Assembly (NCBI GenBank): GCA_007695285.1
Contig: REEC01000117.1
Coordinates: forward strand, 17,431 to 81,430
Direction: 5' to 3'
Source: Spirochaetaceae bacterium
Lineage (GTDB): Bacteria; Spirochaetota; Spirochaetia; DSM-27196; PXBQ01
DNA: 64,000 nucleotides
The position numbers were made by a program, and so were the translations under genes. Positions 49,041-57,719 of the stretch are shown here, piece after piece. Within the stretch, counting starts at the first letter, position 1; each line of letters starts with the position of its first letter. Below the pieces are notes generated by a model, which saw nothing but the letters and a program-made list of their open reading frames with translations, did not search any database and had not been told where the DNA came from.

Positions 49041-49595
49041 TCAATCGAGTCCGGGAGAAACACCGGACTCGAGACTCTCCAAAAATTGCCCGAGCATCAC
49101 CACCGATTCGAGACTCTCGAGCTCACCGAGAGCGTCGATCAGCTCCGAACGCGAGACCACGTACGTCGCACCGTCACGCCGAGTTCGCCGTATCACGGCC
49201 TCGTACGGTCGATCGAAGCACATCAGGCTGCGTACGGTCCGAGCGACATCTCCGATCGGCGGCGTGTCGAGGTTTCGGGCGTCAAGAACGAACGACACCG
49301 TGGTACCGAACCCCAGCCGACTCGACAGTACGAACTCGCCGCCGGTTTGATCAGCGGTCTGTTTGACAAACGGTAACCCGAGCCCAACGCGGCGTCCGGG
49401 GTGTTTCTCACCGTCGGTATAGAACGGATCAAGTACCTTCTGCTGCGTTTCGGCGGTCATGCCCGGACCGTCGTCGGTCACCGTTACGGCGATCGTGTCG
49501 GGCGACTCGATTATCTCGACCGATATCGTCGATGCTCCGGCTTCTACGGAGTTCTGAAACACGTCGAGGATGTAGTCGCAGACCGTGTAATGCAC
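49041..49595 (-). CDS. GHKL / HATPase_c-domain protein (hydrogenase-operon associated)
   Basis: N box 'DVFQNS.EAGA', G1 'DDGPGM', F box 'DPFYT', G2 'GLGLP', 'G.GT'; no HisKA or receiver domain. Confidence 0.85.
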   Translation of the reverse strand: MHYTVCDYILDVFQNSVEAGASTISVEIIESPDTIAVTVTDDGPGMTAETQQKVLDPFYTDGEKHPGRRVGLGLPFVKQTADQTGGEFVLSSRLGFGTTVSFVLDARNLDTPPIGDVARTVRSLMCFDRPYEAVIRRTRRDGATYVVSRSELIDALGELESLESVVMLGQFLESLESGVSPGLD

Positions 49596-49616
49596 CGTTC
49601 CGGCTCGTCCCGCCGT

Positions 49617-50102
49617 CTACGCGTCGCGGTGCTTCGCGACGATACCCGCCAACTCTTTCTTGTTCACTTTGCCGTATACTTCGCCGTTCACCGTCAAGAC
49701 AGGCGCGAGCCCGCAACATCCCACGCAACGCACAGATTCCAGCGAGAACTCGCCATCCTCGGTCACCGAGTTGACGCCGATTCCGAGAAGTTGCTCGATC
49801 TCGGCGATCAGGTCGCCGGCGCCCTTGAGGTAACACGCGGTGCCCATACACACCGACATCTGATTGCGGCCGGGTTTGCTCAGCTTGAAGTAGTGGTAGA
49901 ACGTAATCACGCCGTAGATTCGCGCCAGAGGAACGTCCATGTATCGCGCCAAAGCAAGGGCGGCTTCCCGCGGTACGTATCCGTACACACCCTGCATCTT
50001 GTGAAGGATCATGATCAAGTTGCCCGGCCTATCCCGCCACTCATCGACAAACTCGATGAGCTCGGCGGGCAACTCCGACCGTGCGTCAGTCGCTACCGAC
50101 AT
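49617..50102 (-). CDS. hydC: NuoE-like 2Fe-2S subunit (HydC/HndA)
   Basis: 'LI.ILH..Q..YGY.P', 'YGV.TFY', 'CMGTAC', 'CVGCCGLAP'. Confidence 0.94.
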   Translation of the reverse strand: MSVATDARSELPAELIEFVDEWRDRPGNLIMILHKMQGVYGYVPREAALALARYMDVPLARIYGVITFYHYFKLSKPGRNQMSVCMGTACYLKGAGDLIAEIEQLLGIGVNSVTEDGEFSLESVRCVGCCGLAPVLTVNGEVYGKVNKKELAGIVAKHRDA

Positions 50103-50144
50103 TCAGTACTCCTGTGATAATGGTCTCTTGTGGATTTCAATCGG

Positions 50145-50173
50145 AGTGTATCGTGTTTAAAAAAAACATTCAA
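50145..50173 (-). promoter_or_regulatory. sigma70 promoter of the hydrogenase operon
   Basis: Minus strand TTGAAT (50173-50168), 17-nt spacer containing a T8 run, TACACT (50150-50145). Confidence 0.65.
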
Positions 50174-50206
50174 CTACGCCTGCAAAGTTGCGGTTGAATT
50201 TTTTAG

Positions 50207-50235
50207 TTGAACCTATATCTTTTTAATGATACAAT
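50207..50235 (+). promoter_or_regulatory. sigma70 promoter of the rex operon
   Basis: TTGAAC (50207-50212), 17-nt spacer, TACAAT (50230-50235) with TGn extension. Confidence 0.65.
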
Positions 50236-50285
50236 CTGCTTAATATTGCGATTCATGTATTTTATTTGTATTTTGGTAGGGTACT

Positions 50286-51005
50286 ATGGAAGAGCCACGT
50301 GACCCCAAAGGCAATTCTTTGAATCGAGCGACGATACTTCGCCTTGCGCGGTACCTGCGAGTACTCCACAAACTCAAAGGACTCGGTTTTGTGAAGGTTT
50401 TCTCGAACAATCTCGGCGACTCGGTCGGAGTGACGCCGGCGGTGGTCCGTAAAGACTTCTCGCTTCTGGCGATCGGTGGCAACAAACGTGGCGGCTACAC
50501 CGTCGACGTGTTGATCGAACGGCTCGAGGCGATTCTGGGGAAAGAGGAGAGTCACGACGTCGTCGTCGTCGGATGCGGACGAATCGGTTCAGCGCTTCTG
50601 GAGTACAGCGAGTTTACGCGCGACGGGATTCGCGTCGTCGCGGGACTCGATGCGGATCCCGACAAAGTGTCACCGGACGCCCGTATCCCGATCTACCCCA
50701 TCGATCAACTGGCCGAAGTGGCGGAGAGACACGGCGTGACCGTCGGGATCGTCACGGTACCCGATGCGGCCGCGTTGCAGGTGTTTCGCGCGATGCTCGA
50801 CGCCGGCATCCGCGGCTTTTTGAACTTCACGGCGGTCGAGCTCAAGTGCCAGTCGGTGTGCGACTTCGACTCATGCGCCACACGGTGCGTCGTGCAGAAC
50901 GTGAATATCGGGCTCGAGATAGAGAACCTGTTTTATCTCTTGAAAATGAACCCAAAATCCGAGCTCGCCGGCACGCCTGAGACGTCGGCCGTCCCGCGCG
51001 CATGA
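50286..51005 (+). CDS. rex: redox-sensing transcriptional repressor Rex (with 4-Cys insertion)
   Basis: 'AT..RL..Y.R.L', 'VRKDFS', 'G.KRGGY.V..L', Rossmann 'VVGCG.IG.AL', 'GIR..LNF'. Confidence 0.92.
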   Translation: MEEPRDPKGNSLNRATILRLARYLRVLHKLKGLGFVKVFSNNLGDSVGVTPAVVRKDFSLLAIGGNKRGGYTVDVLIERLEAILGKEESHDVVVVGCGRIGSALLEYSEFTRDGIRVVAGLDADPDKVSPDARIPIYPIDQLAEVAERHGVTVGIVTVPDAAALQVFRAMLDAGIRGFLNFTAVELKCQSVCDFDSCATRCVVQNVNIGLEIENLFYLLKMNPKSELAGTPETSAVPRA

Positions 51006-51937
51006 ACCCGATACCGATCAACGCGGACGATCCACCTCCGTTCGTGCTCGAGCTAATTTACCGTCTGAAAATCAAGGACGTCATGACGTCGAATCTCATC
51101 ACTGCTTCGAAGACCGATACTCTGCGTTCGGTTCAAGTGACGATGAAAGAAAACTCGATCACGGGGATCCCAGTGACAGCCGGGAAGCGACTTCTCGGAA
51201 TCGTGAGCATGGACGACATCATCCAGGCGCTCGACGCAGGATACATCGAAGAGAAGATCGAGCAGCACATGACAAAAAACCTGATCGTTCTCGAAGACGA
51301 CATGCCGCTTTCGTTCGGGATCTCGTACATGGAAAAGTACGACTTCGGCCGCTTCCCCGTACTGAATAAATCCAAGGAACTCGTCGGCATCATCACGAGT
51401 CGGGACGTGATCGTCGCGCTTCTGATCGAGATCAACAAAGAGATCGAAAAACTCGAGCAATCCGCTCAGAACGATCGACCGCCGGAGACCGGCGGACAGG
51501 TCTCACGGGCTTACCGAGTCAGACGGTTCGATTTCGAGACCGCGGGAAAGGCGTCGGCTGAGATCAAAAAAACCGCGAAGGACCGCGGAATGCCCCCGGC
51601 CGACGCACGACGAGTCGCGGTCGCGGCGTACGAACTCGAGATGAACCAGGTCCTCCACTCGAACGGAGGCACAATCACATTTACGGTATCAGGAGACCGC
51701 TTGACGATCGTCGCCGCGGACACGGGGCCCGGCATCGAGAACGTCGACGCAGCGCTCGAAGAAGGATTTTCGACCGCAACCGACTGGATTCGTTCGTTAG
51801 GATTCGGCGCGGGCATGGGCCTGCCGAACGCGCGCAGGGTATCGGATGAGTTTTCCGTCTCATCGAGCGCGGCAGGAACGACCGTCACGAGTATTTTTCA
51901 TTTTCCAAGCCCGGAGGGTACACATGAAACTGAGTGA
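51002..51937 (+). CDS. CBS-pair + RsbT/RsbW-like Ser/Thr kinase (anti-sigma-type HATPase) fusion
   Basis: Tandem CBS domains ('IKDVMT...GIPV...LLGIVS.DDI', 'MT...RFPV...LVGIIT.RD'); C-terminal 'AG.AS..IK', 'YELEMN..HS.GG', 'D.GPGI', 'GFSTA', 'GFGAGMGLPN'. Confidence 0.88.
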   Translation: MNPIPINADDPPPFVLELIYRLKIKDVMTSNLITASKTDTLRSVQVTMKENSITGIPVTAGKRLLGIVSMDDIIQALDAGYIEEKIEQHMTKNLIVLEDDMPLSFGISYMEKYDFGRFPVLNKSKELVGIITSRDVIVALLIEINKEIEKLEQSAQNDRPPETGGQVSRAYRVRRFDFETAGKASAEIKKTAKDRGMPPADARRVAVAAYELEMNQVLHSNGGTITFTVSGDRLTIVAADTGPGIENVDAALEEGFSTATDWIRSLGFGAGMGLPNARRVSDEFSVSSSAAGTTVTSIFHFPSPEGTHETE

Positions 51938-52256
51938 GATCATCGAAGCGTGTAAATTTACCGCGGTACACGACGAATACGACGACCATGACGTCGGTGA
52001 CGCGTATACGTCCGACCTTCTGAGCGACGTCATGGCGCACGCGCCGGACGGGTCGGCTCTGATCACGATCCAGGCGCACAAGAACACCGTCGCGGTCGCG
52101 GCTCTCGCGGGTGTCGTCGCGATCGTCATCTGCAACGAGCGACCGATCCCGGACGATATGATCGTCGCGGCACGAGACGAGAGGATAGCGCTCTTGACGA
52201 CCGGAGAGAACCAATACACGGTGTCGGGTCGAATCTACACGCTGCTCGCGGAATGA
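51924..52256 (+). CDS. DRTGG-domain protein
   Basis: SD GGAGG; 'Y.SDLLSDVMA', 'LITIQ.H.N.VAVA'. Confidence 0.85.
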   Translation: MKLSEIIEACKFTAVHDEYDDHDVGDAYTSDLLSDVMAHAPDGSALITIQAHKNTVAVAALAGVVAIVICNERPIPDDMIVAARDERIALLTTGENQYTVSGRIYTLLAE

Positions 52257-52972
52257 CCGTACGCGCCGATCTGCACGTGCATTCGTGTCTGAGTCCGTGC
52301 GGCGACCTCGAGAACTCGCCTGCCGCGATCGCACGGACCGCCGCGTCGATCGGATTAGATATCGTCGGACTGTGCGATCACAACACTGCGTTGAACTGTC
52401 CGGCGTTTTTCGATGCGTGCCGGCGCGAAGGCATCGTCGGCGTGTACGGGCTCGAGGTCTCGACGCGCGAAGAGATTCACGTTCTCTGCCTCTTCGAGGC
52501 TCCCGACGACGCGGTCGCGTTCGGCGCCGATCTCTACCCGTTGCTCGCGGAGTTCCCGCACGACCCCGTCCGCTTCGGCGATCAAGTGATCGTCGACGTC
52601 GACGAGGTGATTCTCGGCGAACTCGAAAAGAGCCTCTTCGGAGCGATCGACCTGCCGCTGAGCGATATCGTCGCACAAACGCTCGAGCGCGGCGGTCTGG
52701 CGATTCCCGCGCACATCGATCGCACCGCGCACTCGATCGGATCGCAGATCGGGTTCCTGCCTGACGAGCCGTTCACGGCGGTCGAGGTCACGCGCGACGC
52801 GTGCGAGATCCAAACGGGTCGATTCACAAGGATCACGAACTCCGACGCGCATTTTCTCGCGGATGTCGGGGCACGGCACTTCACGTTCGAGGCCCGTTCC
52901 GCGTCGTTCGCCGCGCTCGCGCGCGCGCTCCGCGACGACCGTGTCTCGATGGAGTTCGCTCCGAGCAGCTAA
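52253..52972 (+). CDS. PHP-domain phosphoesterase
   Basis: 'DLHVHS.LSPC', 'DHN', 'GLE...EE.H', 'PAH.DR', 'NSDAH'. Confidence 0.9.
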   Translation: MTVRADLHVHSCLSPCGDLENSPAAIARTAASIGLDIVGLCDHNTALNCPAFFDACRREGIVGVYGLEVSTREEIHVLCLFEAPDDAVAFGADLYPLLAEFPHDPVRFGDQVIVDVDEVILGELEKSLFGAIDLPLSDIVAQTLERGGLAIPAHIDRTAHSIGSQIGFLPDEPFTAVEVTRDACEIQTGRFTRITNSDAHFLADVGARHFTFEARSASFAALARALRDDRVSMEFAPSS

Positions 52973-55317
52973 ACGTTCTCCGGGATAGAGAGAATATCGC
53001 GCGGTTTGCTCCCGTTCTGCGGCCCGACGATCCCGACGCGCTCCATCTCTTCGACGAGACGCGCCGCGCGGTTGTACCCTATCTTAAGTCTGCGCTGCAG
53101 ATACGAAGCGGACGCTTTTTTCGCCGTGACGACGATCTGAATCGCCTTTTCCATCAGCGGATCTTCAAGCTCTTCCTGGATGTAGGCTTCATCGTCGTCT
53201 TCTATAAAAATCTCGTCGTCAATGTACTCGGGCTCGCCGAGCGTTTTGACGTGCTCGACGACGCGTTCGACCTCGTCCTCTGAGAGAAACGCTCCCTGAA
53301 TCCGGAACGGGAACGGGTCCCACGCCGACGTGAACAGCATATCACCGCGTCCGAGCAGCTTCTCGGCGCCCATCGTGTCGAGGATGATCCGTGAGTCGAC
53401 TTTGCTCGCGACCATGAACGCGATCCTCGACGGGATGTTCGCTTTGATCAAACCCGTGATCACGTCGGTCGAGGGACGTTGCGTCGCGAGAACGAGATGG
53501 ATGCCGACCGCGCGCGACATCGCCGCGAGACGCGCTAACGTCGTCTCGAGCTCCTTGCCGCTCGTCGCCATAAGGTCGGCGAACTCGTCGACAACCACGA
53601 CGATGTACGGCAGCCGCTCCATCGCGAGGTTCTTCTTCTCGATCTTTAAGTTGAAAGACGTGATGTCACGGACCGCGAGCGCGTCGAGCAGCGTGTATCG
53701 GCGCTCCATTTCGTAGATGCAGTACTGGAGCGCCTGAAACGCGCGTTTTGGATCGGTGATCACCGGCGTCAGCAAGTGCGGAATGTCGTTGTAAAACTTG
53801 AGCTCGACGATTTTCGGATCGATCAGGATCATCTTCACTTCCTGAGGCGTCCGCCGGTACAGGATCGAACAGATGATCGAGTTCACGCAAACCGATTTTC
53901 CCGAGCCGGTCGCACCGGCAATCAACAGATGTGGCGTTTTCGTGAGATCGATTATCTGCGCGTCGCCCGGAATATCCTTGCCGAGAGCGATCGGGATGTT
54001 GATCTGGTCGCGCTGGAACGTCGGATCGCCGACGAGTTCGCCGAACGACACGATGTTCCGTCTCTTGTTCGGTATTTCGATTCCAACCGCGTGTTTTCCG
54101 GGAATCGGCGCGACGATACGAACGCTCGACGCGGCCATCCTGAGCGCGATGTTGTCCGACAAGTTCGTGATCCGCGCGAGTTTGACTCCCGGCGCCGGCA
54201 GGATCTCGAACATCGTGATCACGGGCCCCTTCCGGATTCCGGTAACCTCGGCCTGAATCTGAAACTCCTCGAGCGTCACGCGCAGGACTTCCGCGGCGGT
54301 TCGTGTGTCGTCATCGATCACCCAGTACTGACCGTCGGGGTACTCGTCGAGCAATCCATCGATCGGCACCGTGTACTTCTTCGCGCTTTTTCGGCCCGGC
54401 CTTTTGGCCGGCGGAGGAGCTATCGGCACGTCGTCGTCGATGCGATTCGCGTCGACCATCTCGGGTATTTCGAGCTCGTCGTCTACGTCGTCGTACCCGT
54501 CGTCTTCGTCTTCGTCTTCGAGCTGATCGTCCGCTTCGAGTTCAACCGCATAGTCGTAGTCCTCCTCGTCGTGATCGATGGGGACAAGTTCGATCGGCTC
54601 ATCGTCAAACGCCGCAGGGTCATCGGTCAGGCGTCCGTCGGTGAAAAACACGCGATACTCGTCGTCCGCCTCGTCCGGGTCGTCATGCTCGTCGGTGGCG
54701 TCGCGCTTCTCGGCGGGGGACTCGAGCCACGCGTAATCGAACTCGGGTCCGGATTCCGGTGCAGGAAGCGATAGCGGTGTCGCGTCGAGGGGATCGGACT
54801 CGAGCTCGTCAAGGTCTTCCTCATTGCGATCGGATCGCGATTCATCCGCGGTGATCCCGATCACGACGTATACGATCGCAATCAGCTCAAGCGCGAGAGC
54901 CAAAACGAGCAGGAAGGCTCCACCACGCGCAGAGAAACTCGTGATGAAGAAACTCGTGATCGGCGATTGAGCGGCGGCCGGGTCGAACAGAATCCGAAGA
55001 AGAATTCCCAGCGTGAACAGCGGGAACACCGAGAGATTCGCCGCGACAATCGCGCCCGGAAGCCGATGCGGCATAAATGTAAGAGCCGCGAGTACCCCGA
55101 GATACGTCGGGAGCAGGAAAGCCGCACCGTGGAAACTTGCAAAGAGAAACCGGCCCGGCAAAGCGAGAAGAAGGATCACCGACGAACTCGGCACCGCGCC
55201 GAACCGAATATGAGCGCCAATGGACGCTGCCGTGACGATAGCCGCCGCGACCAGGACCCCACCAAGAATGTGGTGCGACGTCTCTCGATTTACTGGGTAG
55301 TACCGATCATGCTGCAC
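52969..55317 (-). CDS. ftsK: DNA translocase FtsK/SpoIIIE
   Basis: N-terminal TMs, acidic linker, 'PHLLIAGATGSGKS', 'IDPK.VEL', 'DEFADL', 'ATQRPS', gamma domain 'LQRRLKIGYNRAAR'. Confidence 0.96.
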   Translation of the reverse strand: MQHDRYYPVNRETSHHILGGVLVAAAIVTAASIGAHIRFGAVPSSSVILLLALPGRFLFASFHGAAFLLPTYLGVLAALTFMPHRLPGAIVAANLSVFPLFTLGILLRILFDPAAAQSPITSFFITSFSARGGAFLLVLALALELIAIVYVVIGITADESRSDRNEEDLDELESDPLDATPLSLPAPESGPEFDYAWLESPAEKRDATDEHDDPDEADDEYRVFFTDGRLTDDPAAFDDEPIELVPIDHDEEDYDYAVELEADDQLEDEDEDDGYDDVDDELEIPEMVDANRIDDDVPIAPPPAKRPGRKSAKKYTVPIDGLLDEYPDGQYWVIDDDTRTAAEVLRVTLEEFQIQAEVTGIRKGPVITMFEILPAPGVKLARITNLSDNIALRMAASSVRIVAPIPGKHAVGIEIPNKRRNIVSFGELVGDPTFQRDQINIPIALGKDIPGDAQIIDLTKTPHLLIAGATGSGKSVCVNSIICSILYRRTPQEVKMILIDPKIVELKFYNDIPHLLTPVITDPKRAFQALQYCIYEMERRYTLLDALAVRDITSFNLKIEKKNLAMERLPYIVVVVDEFADLMATSGKELETTLARLAAMSRAVGIHLVLATQRPSTDVITGLIKANIPSRIAFMVASKVDSRIILDTMGAEKLLGRGDMLFTSAWDPFPFRIQGAFLSEDEVERVVEHVKTLGEPEYIDDEIFIEDDDEAYIQEELEDPLMEKAIQIVVTAKKASASYLQRRLKIGYNRAARLVEEMERVGIVGPQNGSKPRDILSIPENV

Positions 55318-55400
55318 GAGTCACTCTCCTACACCCATGCTTATCGGCGTAATGGATGTGCGTCTGAAGCCGCGCCGGATTCCGGGGGGCTGCTACATAA

Positions 55401-57674
55401 TCACCGGCCGACGACCGACGGGAAAATGCTCTCTACGGTTTGGCGAGTTTCGACACCCTCGTACAGCGATGCGTAGTATGCGGCCGAGACGAGGATCTTG
55501 CGGATGTACCCGCGTGTCTCGGTGAAGGGGATCGACTCGTGGAAAAGCACGTCGGTAAACCCGGAACGACTCGCCATCCACGACCGGACACGGCCCTGTC
55601 CGCCGTTATACGCGGCGAGCGCGTGCATCGGTCCCGGCAGATTCGTCATCAACCCGGATAGGTAGCGCGCGCCGATCGCCAGGTTTGTCTCGGGATCGGT
55701 CACGTCGAGACTCGTAATCCCCATTCTCGTCGCCATGTCTCGCGCGGTCGCCGGCATCAACTGCGACAACCCGGTCGCTCCGACGCCCGACGCGATCGTC
55801 GGCGAGAACAGGCTTTCTTCGCGTATGAGCGCGTAGAAAACCGGCCGGGGTAACGACTCCGCCTCGGTGAATCGGTCGATCAGCTCGCGGAACGCCCGCG
55901 GATACAGCAGCGTCGCGCTGCGCCGGTCGAGTTCCCCGGCAGGGCGAGCGGCCGCCGCGAGTCTAATCGACTCGTAGTACTTGCCGCCGGCGGCGAGCAA
56001 CTCGGCGATCTCGAAAACGGTTGATGCGCGCAGGGCCGAGCGATACCGGAACGCGTGCTCGTACAGTTCGTCGGGGAGTCCAAACGACAGAAATCCCCGG
56101 ACAAAAACCTCGACGTCCCAGACGCCCGGCAGCTCCGATACGAGACGATCGGCCTCGATCGCCTCGTCGACCGGATCGTGCTCGACCGGATCGTGGTCGG
56201 CCGGAGTCGGAACCCCGAGTTCGCCTGCCTCAAAATCGAGCAGCGAAACCGATCGGCCGAGCATGGCGGAGGCGGTGATCGTGTAGTACGGGCGATCGGT
56301 CTGCTGCGCCGCGTACTCGAGCAACGTTGTCCTGTCGCCCGCTGCCGCCGCGCCGGTGTGCCCCGACGCGATTGCCTCGGAGAGAACGTACGCGACTTGA
56401 GCGCGAACCCCACTGCCCGGGAACGACTCGAGCGCGCGGTACACCGAAACGAGACCACCCCAGTCGCGACCGGCGACGAGCCGTGCGATGAAGTCGTCGA
56501 ACTCATTGTACAGCTGCGCCGGGTTCTCGATCGACGCGCCGTACTCGCGGATCGCGCGCGAGAAGACATCAGGGTTCAGGCGCGAGGCGGTCATGAGAAG
56601 GTATCGCGCTATCCGGGCGCGCTCGTCGGACGATGCGGCCGCGTGAGCGGCCTCGAGATATCGCAGCGAATCGATGAACCGTCCGGCGACACGGTAGTGT
56701 CGGCCCGCGTGCTCGAGCGCGTAGACCGCCCGGTCGCCGGTTAGCTCGGAACTCAACCGCGAGAAAGCGTCTCCGCCCTGCCGCCAGTGGGCGGCGAACG
56801 AGTACGCGCGCGATAGATCCCGAAGAAGCGCGGGAGTCCGGAACTCCGGCCTTTCGATTACCGTCCCAAGAAGCTGCATCGCGTTGACCGCCGCGCCGGT
56901 ACCGAGAGCGCGCTTGCCGTCGAGCAGCGCGCGTTCGACGTCGGAGAAACCGCGATCGAGCTCCTGCTGCGACACGAGGAACTGATGCACGCGGACGTGA
57001 ACGTCGCCGACATCGTAGTCGCGAAACAGCTCAACGACGTGCCGACGCCAGAGGGGATCCCCGAGCCGATACGTCGCGACGGTCCGCCAAAGCTTGCGCT
57101 CGGCACTCTCGTCCCCCCACCGCGGCTCGCGGCCGTCACGCACGAGACTCGATACGACGGCTCGACCGGCGTGACGAGTCTCTTCCTCGTCGAGCGCCTC
57201 GATCACCGCCTGGTACCTTTCGAGGCGGTACAACGCTTCGATGTAAGCACCGCTCATCGTCGGGTCGTCAGGGTAGAGCCGCGTCGCGACACGCGCGCTC
57301 TCGAGCACGGAAACGAACGAACCGGATTCGAGCCCACGGCCGAGTATCGCGGCGTGCGAGAGACGACGCCACGGTTCAGTGCCGTTTTGGGCCTCATGCC
57401 GGAGAAACGCCGCAGCGAGCCTGGGGCGCCCAAGTCGCTCGGCGTGAAGCGCGAGGTAGTACGCGGCACCGTCGCCGAGGTGCCGTACCTCGCCGATGTC
57501 ATCGGACTCGATGTCGAAGCCGGCGAGAGCCGAAGCGGCGCCTGTCTCGAGTTCTCGCGTGAACTCGGCCACAGGAACGCCCCACACCATCGTCGGTGGA
57601 ATGTCGCGCGCGCACGCGGCGATAGCGGTTATCAGGAAAAGAACGGCGATTGTCTGTGGTTTAAGGTGGATCAT
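55401..57674 (-). CDS. soluble lytic murein transglycosylase (TPR-like + SLT domain), probable lipoprotein
   Basis: Lipobox-like 'ITAIAA-C'; SLT motifs 'IREES.F', 'GA.GL.QLMP.TA', 'AYNGG.G', 'ETRGY'. Confidence 0.9.
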   Translation of the reverse strand: MIHLKPQTIAVLFLITAIAACARDIPPTMVWGVPVAEFTRELETGAASALAGFDIESDDIGEVRHLGDGAAYYLALHAERLGRPRLAAAFLRHEAQNGTEPWRRLSHAAILGRGLESGSFVSVLESARVATRLYPDDPTMSGAYIEALYRLERYQAVIEALDEEETRHAGRAVVSSLVRDGREPRWGDESAERKLWRTVATYRLGDPLWRRHVVELFRDYDVGDVHVRVHQFLVSQQELDRGFSDVERALLDGKRALGTGAAVNAMQLLGTVIERPEFRTPALLRDLSRAYSFAAHWRQGGDAFSRLSSELTGDRAVYALEHAGRHYRVAGRFIDSLRYLEAAHAAASSDERARIARYLLMTASRLNPDVFSRAIREYGASIENPAQLYNEFDDFIARLVAGRDWGGLVSVYRALESFPGSGVRAQVAYVLSEAIASGHTGAAAAGDRTTLLEYAAQQTDRPYYTITASAMLGRSVSLLDFEAGELGVPTPADHDPVEHDPVDEAIEADRLVSELPGVWDVEVFVRGFLSFGLPDELYEHAFRYRSALRASTVFEIAELLAAGGKYYESIRLAAAARPAGELDRRSATLLYPRAFRELIDRFTEAESLPRPVFYALIREESLFSPTIASGVGATGLSQLMPATARDMATRMGITSLDVTDPETNLAIGARYLSGLMTNLPGPMHALAAYNGGQGRVRSWMASRSGFTDVLFHESIPFTETRGYIRKILVSAAYYASLYEGVETRQTVESIFPSVVGR

Positions 57675-57719
57675 AGCTTGAAGTGGATCATTGAAGGCAC
57701 AAAGCGGCGCGGAAACGCT

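Noticed and set aside
44973-50102. Selenocysteine or stop-codon readthrough in hydrogenase subunits
   Set aside because: All subunits are full length with no in-frame TGA at ligand positions.
50103-50285. Canonical Rex operator
   Set aside because: The best candidates (e.g. CTGTGATAATGGTCTCTT) have about 6 mismatches to TTGTGAA-N4-TTCACAA, so none was called.
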